Notes under the pieces: generated by a model | Told to the model about the DNA's origin: nothing | What the model saw: the letters and a program-made list of their open reading frames with translations, nothing else | Databases searched by the model: none | Shown: in pieces, positions 9,976 to 18,679 of the stretch | Layout: each line of letters opens with the position of its first letter | Numbering within the stretch: position 1 is the stretch's first letter | Made by a program: the position numbers and the translations under genes | NCBI GenBank assembly: GCA_963769885.1 | Contig: CAVYNH010000007.1 | Span: 288,001 to 352,000 of the forward strand | Length of the DNA stretch: 64,000 bases | From: Methanobacteriota archaeon | Lineage (GTDB): Archaea; Thermoplasmatota; E2; DHVEG-1 | Reading direction: 5' to 3'

Positions 9976-11192
9976 GGCTCCTTCATCGACCTCACCGGCA
10001 TCAACGCCTCCTTCATCAAAGAATACAGATACCGCACTAGAATCACCCCGATATACTTCGAAAAACTAATCTGCCCACCCGTCACGCCAATCGTCAACCG
10101 CGCCAGCTGCCGATCCCGCATCAACAACTTCACGATCCGCTCCGAGTTCTTCCCCCACTGCTTGTTAAATCCCCCCAGGATCTTCAGATCACGCCCGAAC
10201 TCACGCCACCACCGCTGCTGATACCGTCCCAGGAACCCTGCAGAGAAATCACCGGCAGCGACCGCCTCCGCAGCCACCCCCCCGGCCAACAACCCAGACA
10301 TCATCGCATAATAGATCCCCTCCCCTGTAATCGGGTTGATGAACCCCGCCGCGTCACCGCAGACCATCACCCTGTCCGCGAACGTCTTCTTCAATGGGAA
10401 AATCGGCAGGACTGCCCCCCGCGCATCATCATCAGGAAACCCCACCGGCAACAACCCTTGAGCCTTCAACGACGCGATGAACAGACTATATGTCTCCTTC
10501 AGGCTCCGCCGCTGTGTCCCAGTCTGGACCGCAGACGAAAACTCCCCAATCCCGACATTCACACAATCCTTCTTCGGAAACACCCACCCGTACCCCGCAA
10601 TCCCCTGCGCCTTGATGAACAAATGCACCAGATGCTTCTCAGAATACAACACGGCGAGCTGCTCAGAACTCATCGGATGCTCACCGACCAGGCACACGCA
10701 CCGCAAATCATCCGCAGACGACAACCCCGCCTTCCGCGCCACAAGACTATTCATCCCATCACAGCCCAGCACCACCCTCCCCTCCACCCGCTCCCCCGAC
10801 GACAGCGAAAACGCCACCCGATCAGCCCGAACCTCCATATCGACCACCGCGGTCTCCGGACGGAACTCCACACCCGCCTCAACCGCGAGACGCAGCAACG
10901 CCGCATCAAACTCCCGGCGCTGCACCATCCCCAAAAACGGGGTATCACGAACCACACGAAGTTGATACCGACACGACATCGAATAGGTAACGCTACCGTA
11001 TGAGAGAGAATCAAGATACGGCTCGACATACGGAAACCGCTTCCACACCCGCGTCGGCATCCCACCCCCACAAGCCTTGTCACGCGGGAAGCTCGCCTTG
11101 TCCAACAGCAATACCTGAACACCGTGTTCCCTGAGGGCTCTGGCGGCGGTCGATCCAGCCGGACCCGCCCCAACCACGATCACATCAAACAT
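9972..11192 (-). CDS. Geranylgeranyl reductase family FAD oxidoreductase
   Basis: VVGAGPAGS, RDKACGGG, GYGWVFPK, GDAAGFINPITGEGIYYA. Confidence 0.88.
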   Translation of the reverse strand: MFDVIVVGAGPAGSTAARALREHGVQVLLLDKASFPRDKACGGGMPTRVWKRFPYVEPYLDSLSYGSVTYSMSCRYQLRVVRDTPFLGMVQRREFDAALLRLAVEAGVEFRPETAVVDMEVRADRVAFSLSSGERVEGRVVLGCDGMNSLVARKAGLSSADDLRCVCLVGEHPMSSEQLAVLYSEKHLVHLFIKAQGIAGYGWVFPKKDCVNVGIGEFSSAVQTGTQRRSLKETYSLFIASLKAQGLLPVGFPDDDARGAVLPIFPLKKTFADRVMVCGDAAGFINPITGEGIYYAMMSGLLAGGVAAEAVAAGDFSAGFLGRYQQRWWREFGRDLKILGGFNKQWGKNSERIVKLLMRDRQLARLTIGVTGGQISFSKYIGVILVRYLYSLMKEALMPVRSMKEP

Positions 11193-11212
11193 GACAGAGA
11201 CCTTGTACCACC

Positions 11213-12820
11213 TTACATCCGGAATACACCGGTCTTCGACTCAGGGATCGGCGCATTCAACGACGCAGAGATCCCCAGCCCAAGCACCAGCCGTGTATCA
11301 ATGGGATCGATAACCCCATCATCCCAGATCCGAGCCGTACTATAGTAGGGATTACCCTCCACCTCGTACTTCTTCAGAATCGGATCCGTTAATTGTTTTT
11401 CTTCTTCCTTGCTCATCTCTATGCCTTTCCGCCACAACTGATCACGCTTCACGGTCAACAGCACCGTGGCCGCCTGCTGACCACCCATCACAGAAATCCG
11501 AGCGTTCGGCCACATCCACAGCTGCCGCGGACCATACGCCCGCCCGCACATGCCGTAATTCCCGGCGCCGAATGAGCCGCCGATAATAACCGTGAACTTC
11601 GGGACCTGCGCGCAGGTCACCGCGGTGACCATCTTCGCCCCGTCTTTGGCAATGCCACCTGCTTCGTACTTGCGACCTACCATGAACCCCGTGATGTTCT
11701 GCAGGAAGACCAGAGGGACACGACGCTGGCAGCACAATTCAATGAAATGGCTCCCTTTCAACGCTGACTCCGAGAACAGAACCCCGTTGTTGGCCAAGAT
11801 GCCGACCGGGTATCCCATGATACGGGCAAAGCCACAGACCAAGGTCGTCCCATACAAAGCCTTGAACTCGTGGAACTTCGAGCCGTCGACAATGCGGGCG
11901 ATGATCTCCTTGACCTCAAAAGGCTTCCGGGAATCCTTAGGGATTATCCCGTAGATCTCCCGGATATCGTAGGCGGGTTCCTCTGGCTTTTTAATCTCAA
12001 GGAAAGTCTTCTCAGGTCGGTTAAGGTTCTCAATGATGTTGCGGGTAATGCGAATGGCCTCTGAGTCGTCGGCCGCGTAATGGTCGGAGACGCCACTCTC
12101 GCGGCAGTGGACGTCGGCGCCACCGAGTTCTTCCGCAGTGACGTCTTCGCCGGTGGCCGCCTTGACCAGCGGAGGACCACCGAGGAAGATAGTCCCGGTT
12201 CCTTTCACGATCACAGTCTCGTCTGACATCGCGGGCACGTAAGCGCCGCCTGCGGTGCAGGAGCCCATGACGACTGCGATCTGGGGGATCTCCAGAGAGG
12301 ACATCTTGGCCTGGTTGTAGAAGATCCGGCCAAAGTGTTCCCGGTCTGGGAAGACCTCGTCTTGCATGGGGAGGAATGCGCCGCCGGAGTCGACGAGGTA
12401 GATGCAGGGAAGGTTGTTCTCCTGTGCGATCTCCTGTGCCCGGAGGTGCTTTTTGACGGTGATGGGGTAGTAGGTGCCGCCGGTGACGGTGGCGTCGTTG
12501 GCGACGATCATGACCTCGCGGCCATGGATGATGCCGATGCCGGTGACGATGCCGGCGCAGGGGGCCTTGTTATCGAACATGCCGTATGCAGCGAGGGTGT
12601 TGAATTCCATGAAGGGGGTGTCGAGGTCGAGGAGGGCTTCGATGCGTTCGCGGACGAGCATTTTGTTACGGGATTTGTGGAGTTTGATGACTTCGTCGCC
12701 ACCGCCTTTCATGGCGATGGCGATTTTGTCTTTGAGGTCTTTGACGAGGGTTTCGTAGTAGGCGGCGTTTTCTTTGAAGTCCTTGCTGGTGGTCTCGATG
12801 TTGGTGTCGAGTACGTCCAT
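11213..12820 (-). CDS. 3-methylcrotonyl-CoA carboxylase beta (carboxyltransferase) subunit
   Basis: [62 protein letters not shown]. Confidence 0.9.
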   Translation of the reverse strand: MDVLDTNIETTSKDFKENAAYYETLVKDLKDKIAIAMKGGGDEVIKLHKSRNKMLVRERIEALLDLDTPFMEFNTLAAYGMFDNKAPCAGIVTGIGIIHGREVMIVANDATVTGGTYYPITVKKHLRAQEIAQENNLPCIYLVDSGGAFLPMQDEVFPDREHFGRIFYNQAKMSSLEIPQIAVVMGSCTAGGAYVPAMSDETVIVKGTGTIFLGGPPLVKAATGEDVTAEELGGADVHCRESGVSDHYAADDSEAIRITRNIIENLNRPEKTFLEIKKPEEPAYDIREIYGIIPKDSRKPFEVKEIIARIVDGSKFHEFKALYGTTLVCGFARIMGYPVGILANNGVLFSESALKGSHFIELCCQRRVPLVFLQNITGFMVGRKYEAGGIAKDGAKMVTAVTCAQVPKFTVIIGGSFGAGNYGMCGRAYGPRQLWMWPNARISVMGGQQAATVLLTVKRDQLWRKGIEMSKEEEKQLTDPILKKYEVEGNPYYSTARIWDDGVIDPIDTRLVLGLGISASLNAPIPESKTGVFRM

Positions 12821-12822
12821 TG

Positions 12823-13314
12823 TTAGGCCTCCTTTTTGCGGAGTTCTGCGGTGAGTTGGCCGATTTCGATTTGGTCTTTTTCTTTGAAGTAGACTTTTTC
12901 GATGGTGCCGGTCGTGGGGGCGCGGATGAGGTATTCCATTTTCATGGCTTCGATGACCATGAGGACGTCTCCTTTGATGACGGTGTCGCCGGGTCTGACT
13001 TTGATGCTGACGATGGTGCCGGAGATGGGGCTGTTGAGGTCGCCTTCTTTCTTCTCGGCTTTCTTTTTACCGGAGAGTTCGGTGCGGCTGACTTGGAAGA
13101 CTTCGCCGTCGATGAAGACGAATTTGCTGTCGTGGCGCTCGGAGATGACGCATTTGATGATGCGGTCGCCGAGTTGGAGTTTGAGTTGGCCGGGGCTGAG
13201 TTCGTTGGCGGTGACGGTGTATTCGTTGTTGTCGTAGGTGACGTAGAACTGGTTGTCGTGGTATTCGACGGTGACGGGGTAGATGTGGGCGTCGTGTTCG
13301 TAGTTGATGAACAT
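12823..13314 (-). CDS. Biotin carboxyl carrier subunit
   Basis: EAMKME biotinylation motif in a C-terminal biotinyl domain. Confidence 0.9.
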   Translation of the reverse strand: MFINYEHDAHIYPVTVEYHDNQFYVTYDNNEYTVTANELSPGQLKLQLGDRIIKCVISERHDSKFVFIDGEVFQVSRTELSGKKKAEKKEGDLNSPISGTIVSIKVRPGDTVIKGDVLMVIEAMKMEYLIRAPTTGTIEKVYFKEKDQIEIGQLTAELRKKEA

Positions 13315-13318
13315 CGCT

Positions 13319-14827
13319 TCACACTCCCATGCGCCATCGTCCTGTGTAGCGCCAGGGCGAGTGGGGGTCGGCTTCTTTGTATCTGACGACTTCTTCGCGT
13401 TGTGGATGGAGGGCGTCGTAGACGGCGAGGGCGAGGATCGCGTCGAGAGGCAGGCTGCGTTTGGTGGCGAGCCAGTCTTTGAAGTAGTCGTTGATGAAAT
13501 GGGTGGTGATGTTGCCGCGGCGGAATTGTTCGTGGTCGAGGACTTGTTTGAGGAAGGGGATGTTGGTGGTGACTCCGAGGACGACGTAGTGGGAAAGCGC
13601 CCATATCATTTTGTCGATGCTTTCTTGGCGGTTTTCGCTGGAGACGATGAGTTTGGCGAGCATGGGGTCGTAGTAGGGGCTGACCGTGAAGTCGGTGTCG
13701 ACGCCGGTGTCGTTGCGGATATTGGGGCCGTGGGGGAGTTGGATTTTTTTGAGGGTGCCGATGCTGGGGAGGAAGCCGTTGCCGGGGTCTTCGGCGTAGA
13801 TGCGGCATTCGAGGGCGTGGCCGCGTTGGGAGAGGAGGTGTTGGTGGAGGGTGAGGTCCATGTCGCTGGCGATGCGGAGTTGCCATTTGACGAGGTCGAT
13901 GCCGGTGGTGGCCTCGGTGATGGGGTGTTCGACTTGGAGGCGGGTGTTCATCTCCATGAAGTAGTAGTTGAGGGCGCCGTCGACCATGAACTCGACGGTG
14001 CCGGCGTTGGTGTAGCCTGCGGCCTGGGCTGCGGCGACGGCGGCCTTGCCCATGGTCTCTCGGAGTTTGGGGGTTAGGAGGGGTGAGGGGGTTTCTTCGA
14101 TGATTTTTTGGTGCCGCCGTTGGATGGAGCATTCGCGTTCGAAGAGGTGGATGGTGTGTCCGTGGTGGTCGGCGAGGACTTGGAATTCGATGTGGCGGGG
14201 TTTGTCGATGTATTGTTCGAGGAAGACGGCGTCGTTGCCGAAGGCGGATTTGGATTCTCGTTTGGCGCTCTCGATGGCTTGGGGGAGTTCGTCTTCGTTG
14301 GGGACGATGCGCATGCCTTTGCCGCCGCCGCCGGCTGTGGCTTTGACGAGGAGGGGGAAGCCGATGCGGACGCCTTCTTTGACGAGGCTTTGGATGTCTT
14401 GTTTTTCGCCGTCGTAGCCGGGGATGACGGGGACGCCGGCCTTTTGCATGGTGGTCTTTGCGGCGATCTTGTCGCCCATGAGTTTAATGGTGTGAGCGGT
14501 GGGTCCGATGAAGACGATGCCAGAGTCGGCGCAGGCTTGGGCGAAGTCTGGGTTTTCTGCGAGGAAGCCGTAGCCGGGGTGGATGGCCTCGGCGCCGCTG
14601 GTCTGGGCTGCTTCGATGATTTTTTTGATGTTGAGGTAGCTTTCGGAGGGGGTGGGGTCGCCGAGGTTGACGGATTCGTCGGCGAGGTGGACGTGGGGGG
14701 CGGTCTTGTCGACTTCAGAGTAGACGGCGACGGTGCGGATGCCCATCTCTTGGCAGGCTTTCATGACGCGGACGGCGATCTCGCCGCGGTTGGCGATGAG
14801 GACTTTTTTGAACACGTCAGGGTTCAC
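13319..14827 (-). CDS. Biotin carboxylase subunit (MCC alpha-like)
   Basis: LIANRGEIA, HPGYGFLAEN, GGGGKGMR, ERECSIQRRHQK, EMNTRLQVEH. Confidence 0.93.
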   Translation of the reverse strand: MNPDVFKKVLIANRGEIAVRVMKACQEMGIRTVAVYSEVDKTAPHVHLADESVNLGDPTPSESYLNIKKIIEAAQTSGAEAIHPGYGFLAENPDFAQACADSGIVFIGPTAHTIKLMGDKIAAKTTMQKAGVPVIPGYDGEKQDIQSLVKEGVRIGFPLLVKATAGGGGKGMRIVPNEDELPQAIESAKRESKSAFGNDAVFLEQYIDKPRHIEFQVLADHHGHTIHLFERECSIQRRHQKIIEETPSPLLTPKLRETMGKAAVAAAQAAGYTNAGTVEFMVDGALNYYFMEMNTRLQVEHPITEATTGIDLVKWQLRIASDMDLTLHQHLLSQRGHALECRIYAEDPGNGFLPSIGTLKKIQLPHGPNIRNDTGVDTDFTVSPYYDPMLAKLIVSSENRQESIDKMIWALSHYVVLGVTTNIPFLKQVLDHEQFRRGNITTHFINDYFKDWLATKRSLPLDAILALAVYDALHPQREEVVRYKEADPHSPWRYTGRWRMGV

Positions 14828-15605
14828 TCCAGTTGGGTTTGCGTTTGTCGAGGAAGGCGGCCATGCCTTCTTGGCCTTCGGGGGAGGTGCGCAGGGAGGC
14901 GATCTTTTCGACGGTGTGGGTCTTGTAGTCGGCGGGGTCCATGCGGAGCATGGTGGCGATGAGGGCTTTGACTTCGGCCTTGGCGTGGGGGCCTGAGGTG
15001 GAGAGCGAGGTGAGCCAGCCTTGGATGGTGGCGTCGATGGTGTCGGGTAGGGCGATGGCGTCGATGAGGCCGATGGTGAGGGCGGTCTGGGCGTCGAAGC
15101 GTTCGCCGGTCATGAAGAAGCGGCGCATTGTGGCGGGGGTGAGTCGTTGGGCGACGTAGGTGGATATGACGGCGGGGATGAGGCCGAGTTTGGCTTCGGT
15201 GAATCCGAATTTGGCGTCGGGGACGCTGGCGGCGAGGTCGCAGACGGCGACGAGGCCGACGCCGCCGCCGAAGGCGGGGCCGTTAATCCTGCCGATGACG
15301 GGTTTGGGGCAGGAGGCGATGGTGTCGTAGAGGCTGAGGATCTTGTGGCTGTCGGTGATGTTCTGCTCCTTGGAGTAGTGGATCATTTCTTTCATCCAGT
15401 TGAGGTCCGCACCTGCGCAGAAGGATTTCCCGGCACCGGTGAGGACGACGGCCGTGATTGATGAGTCAGTGCGGAGGTTATGGAAGCAGTCGATGAGGTC
15501 GCCGATGAGGGCGTCGGAGAAGGCGTTGTGCACCTCAGGACGGTTGAGGGTGATGGTGAGTGTCCCCTGCGTCTGCGATGTCTGGAGAGTCTTCTGGGTC
15601 ATCAT
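14817..15605 (-). CDS. Enoyl-CoA hydratase family, probable methylglutaconyl-CoA hydratase
   Basis: FCAGADLNWM, FGGGVGLVAVCD, FTEAKLGLIPAVIS, EGQEGMAAFL; first gene of the MCC operon. Confidence 0.82.
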   Translation of the reverse strand: MMTQKTLQTSQTQGTLTITLNRPEVHNAFSDALIGDLIDCFHNLRTDSSITAVVLTGAGKSFCAGADLNWMKEMIHYSKEQNITDSHKILSLYDTIASCPKPVIGRINGPAFGGGVGLVAVCDLAASVPDAKFGFTEAKLGLIPAVISTYVAQRLTPATMRRFFMTGERFDAQTALTIGLIDAIALPDTIDATIQGWLTSLSTSGPHAKAEVKALIATMLRMDPADYKTHTVEKIASLRTSPEGQEGMAAFLDKRKPNWSEP

Positions 15606-15690
15606 GCTGCCTCCCTGAAGGCATCTATCACAATCATCTTCCTGCGTCCTATGGGCACGCGGTTTATAAACCTCTCGTGAGCCATCAGGG

Positions 15691-16467
15691 TTATTTCCCC
15701 TTAAATACTGGCTTGCGTTTTTCGACGAAAGCGGCGACGCCCTCGGTGAAATCTTGGGAGCCGGCGGACCAGGCCGCGGTCTGGCTCTCCATTTCGAGGT
15801 GGTCCACGGGGGCGTTGGTGAGGCTTTTGTTGATTAGCATCTTTGCTTTCCCGACCGCGATGGGCGGGAGGCGGCGGAACTCGTCGGCGAAGCCTTCCGC
15901 GGTTGTCATTAGGTCTTTGCTGTCGACGACTCTGTTGACGAGGCCGAGGCGTTCTCCTTCCTCTGCGGTGAAGATCTTGGCGGTCAGGATGTATTCGCAG
16001 GCGCGCTGGTAGCCGACGGTGTGGGTGAAGAACTGGGTGCCGCAGCCGGGGGCGAGGCCGATGCCGATGAAGGCAGTGCTCATCTTCGCGTCTTTGCTGG
16101 CGATGATGAGGTCGCAGGCCAAGGCGAGGCTGAGGCCGGCGCCGAAGGCTGACCCGTTGACCGCGGCGATCACGGGTTTTTCCATGGAGCGGATCTCGAT
16201 GACGCAGCGGTGGATTGCGCGGGTGAGGTCTCGGAGGAACTGGGGTTTGTCGGTGGCTGCGTGCATGTCTTTGACGTCGCCGCCGCCGCAGAAGCCTTTG
16301 CCCGTGCCAGTCAGGATGACAGCCCGGATGGTAGGGTCGGTAGCGGCTTGGCGGAGGGTCGTGTAGAGTTCGTCTCCGAGGAGAAGGTCGAAGGAGTTCA
16401 GGCGGTCAGGGCGGTTGAGGGTGATGTAGGCGACGGCGTCCTTGGTCGTCACGTGTAAGGTCTGCAT
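15691..16467 (-). CDS. Enoyl-CoA hydratase/isomerase (crotonase) family, PaaG-like
   Basis: LNRPDRLN, FCGGGD, KPVIAAVNG, DFTEGVAAFVEKRKP. Confidence 0.85.
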   Translation of the reverse strand: MQTLHVTTKDAVAYITLNRPDRLNSFDLLLGDELYTTLRQAATDPTIRAVILTGTGKGFCGGGDVKDMHAATDKPQFLRDLTRAIHRCVIEIRSMEKPVIAAVNGSAFGAGLSLALACDLIIASKDAKMSTAFIGIGLAPGCGTQFFTHTVGYQRACEYILTAKIFTAEEGERLGLVNRVVDSKDLMTTAEGFADEFRRLPPIAVGKAKMLINKSLTNAPVDHLEMESQTAAWSAGSQDFTEGVAAFVEKRKPVFKGK

Positions 16468-16544
16468 TAGCCCCGTTGAATAACGCCAAAGGATTTAAGG
16501 ATTTGCCGGAAGAAAACCCAGAAGAACAGGAGAAAGAGGAGAGG

Positions 16545-18308
16545 TTACCGGGGGTATCCTCCTATCCGGAGGGTGGGGTCGCCGAGGAGGATGAATTCTT
16601 GGACGGTGAAGGGGTCGTCGGGGACGTCGGTGATGTATCCGTTTTGCATGCCGGTGATCATCTCGCCGAGGTACGTGCTGGTGTTGTAGCTTTGGAAAAA
16701 CTCGATGGAAATCTTGCCGGCGCCGATTTCGTTATTGCCGTACGCGGTGCGGGTCGCGCCGATCGTGGCGATGGCGCCGCCGCCGGGGTGCTTGAGGAAG
16801 GCCCAGGCGAAGCAGGGCTCGCGGACGGAGGTGTTGTAATGGAGGGCTTTGGCGATGGCGTTGGGGATGCGGAAGGCCTTGTAGTCGAGCATGTCTTGGA
16901 GGATGAAGTCAATCCTGGCGGTAAGGCAAGCGTCGAAGTAGATGATAGGGAGCTTGTAGCCGTTCTTGAGACCTTTGATGTAGGGGGTGAAGTAGGATTT
17001 CATGTGGCGGCCGGCGATGGTCTTGTAGGTGCCGATGCCGTGTTCGAAGCCGTGGCCGGAGTAGTCGATGAATCCCGCGCCCTGGTTGATGGCGTTGTTG
17101 ATGGTCCAGGGGTTGAAGTTGTGCTTGGAGGTCCAGATGTAGACGGGGGTGAAGTTGGTCATGATGTTGTGGATGATGAGGTTGAGTTTTTCGCCGTCGT
17201 TGCCCAGGGTCCATTTGAAGGTGTTGCCGCCCATGAAGATCATGGTGTGGAACCAGTCGGCGCCGTAGGTCTCGGTTTCGTAGTGGATGATCTTGTCGAC
17301 GACGGTGGTGACCTCGTCGATGGAGGCGCAGGCGAGCCTGCCGATCTGGACGTCCGGGTAGAGATCCATGTGGTCCTCGGGTTCGCCGAAGACGCTGTTG
17401 TTGTTCGTATCCCAGTTGCTGAAGGCGCCGGTGGCGTTGTAGAGGTCGGCGTAGTAGAGGTCGGAGATGACGTCGTCTTCGACGTGCGTGATCCAGCCGA
17501 GGGCGACGCAGGAGCGAATGGGGATCTGGTCGACGCCGCCGACAATGAGGACTGATTGAACACCCAGGGTCTCGACTGCGTCCTTGATCGCGTACTTAAT
17601 CTGCTCGATGTCATCGCGGCCGGGGTACGAGGCGGTGATGTTCTCCAGGGTCATGAGTAGCATTTCGACGCCTATCGCATGCTTATGATCTATGAGTGGC
17701 TGCAGGGCGGTGGTGAAGTTCGCTGGCGCTATAACTAAGCAATCGTAATTTCTAACGGTCTTTGGACTTGAAGCGGGGAGAGTATAGGAAATCTCAACCT
17801 GGACCGAAGAGGTGACCTGGATGATGCGGCTTCCAGGCTCGGTCTGGATGGGGTAGAAGTTTATCACAACGAAGAGGACGTGGTCTCGCCCTTGGAGTCC
17901 CGCGCCGAGACGGTAGGAACATTGCGTTGGAGAGGATGCGGCTGTCCGGTCGAGGAGCGTGCCTGGTTCATCCTGGATCATCAATGGAGGTGCAAGCATA
18001 ACGGGTACTGGGAGAGAGTGTTTTACGGCGGGGGTTGTCGTAAAATGAACCGAGGAAATGATTGTGCCGAGAGGATAGGTGAACACTGCGGTGATGTGCG
18101 GAAGCACTGGCAGTCCCGGGGATGTCGTGTAGGAGGTCGCTTCGGGGATGGTCACGGTGCAGCCTTGGTCCGTGATCGTGATGGTGGGCGGGGAGGCTGT
18201 CACTGTTGCCGATTGAGTCATGGTTGTGGATGCAGATTGGGTTGGGAAGGCTCCGAAGCCGGCGAGCGAAAGAATAATGATAATCCCTATGGTGAGTAGA
18301 TTCTTCAT
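16545..18308 (-). CDS. Secreted C25 (gingipain-like) cysteine peptidase
   Basis: Signal peptide; SDLYYAD, PDVQIGRL, catalytic-type SGHG and DACL, LLGDPTLRIGG. Confidence 0.85.
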   Translation of the reverse strand: MKNLLTIGIIIILSLAGFGAFPTQSASTTMTQSATVTASPPTITITDQGCTVTIPEATSYTTSPGLPVLPHITAVFTYPLGTIISSVHFTTTPAVKHSLPVPVMLAPPLMIQDEPGTLLDRTAASSPTQCSYRLGAGLQGRDHVLFVVINFYPIQTEPGSRIIQVTSSVQVEISYTLPASSPKTVRNYDCLVIAPANFTTALQPLIDHKHAIGVEMLLMTLENITASYPGRDDIEQIKYAIKDAVETLGVQSVLIVGGVDQIPIRSCVALGWITHVEDDVISDLYYADLYNATGAFSNWDTNNNSVFGEPEDHMDLYPDVQIGRLACASIDEVTTVVDKIIHYETETYGADWFHTMIFMGGNTFKWTLGNDGEKLNLIIHNIMTNFTPVYIWTSKHNFNPWTINNAINQGAGFIDYSGHGFEHGIGTYKTIAGRHMKSYFTPYIKGLKNGYKLPIIYFDACLTARIDFILQDMLDYKAFRIPNAIAKALHYNTSVREPCFAWAFLKHPGGGAIATIGATRTAYGNNEIGAGKISIEFFQSYNTSTYLGEMITGMQNGYITDVPDDPFTVQEFILLGDPTLRIGGYPR

Positions 18309-18390
18309 AGTGGAATCCCCCTATCAAGAGAGGTTAGATGCGGGCTTTGTATAAATTAGTTTCCTTGCTTCAAGGTCCTATTTTTCATAA

Positions 18391-18630
18391 ATGATTAAGA
18401 GCAAGGGCCTGATTCCTCATTTCATGAGCTGGGTGAATACATGGTTTCAGATGACTGCTATGAGAGCGGTGGTCGTCGGAATCATATTTCTTGTTGCCTC
18501 GGTATTATGGTGGGTCGGAGTCAAAGGGGATGATCCCCTCCGACGTGATATCATCCCTGTAGCCTACGTTTTCATCGGCTTCATGCTGATTGGCGCTGGG
18601 TTGCTCACTATTTATCATAAAAAAGGGTAG
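18391..18630 (+). CDS. Small two-TM hypothetical membrane protein
   Basis: Two hydrophobic segments; fills the gap before leuS; start uncertain. Confidence 0.55.
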   Translation: MIKSKGLIPHFMSWVNTWFQMTAMRAVVVGIIFLVASVLWWVGVKGDDPLRRDIIPVAYVFIGFMLIGAGLLTIYHKKG

Positions 18631-18679
18631 ACGCCTAAGCTTTTAAATAAAACAATCCTTATGTCCGAGACTGAACCCC

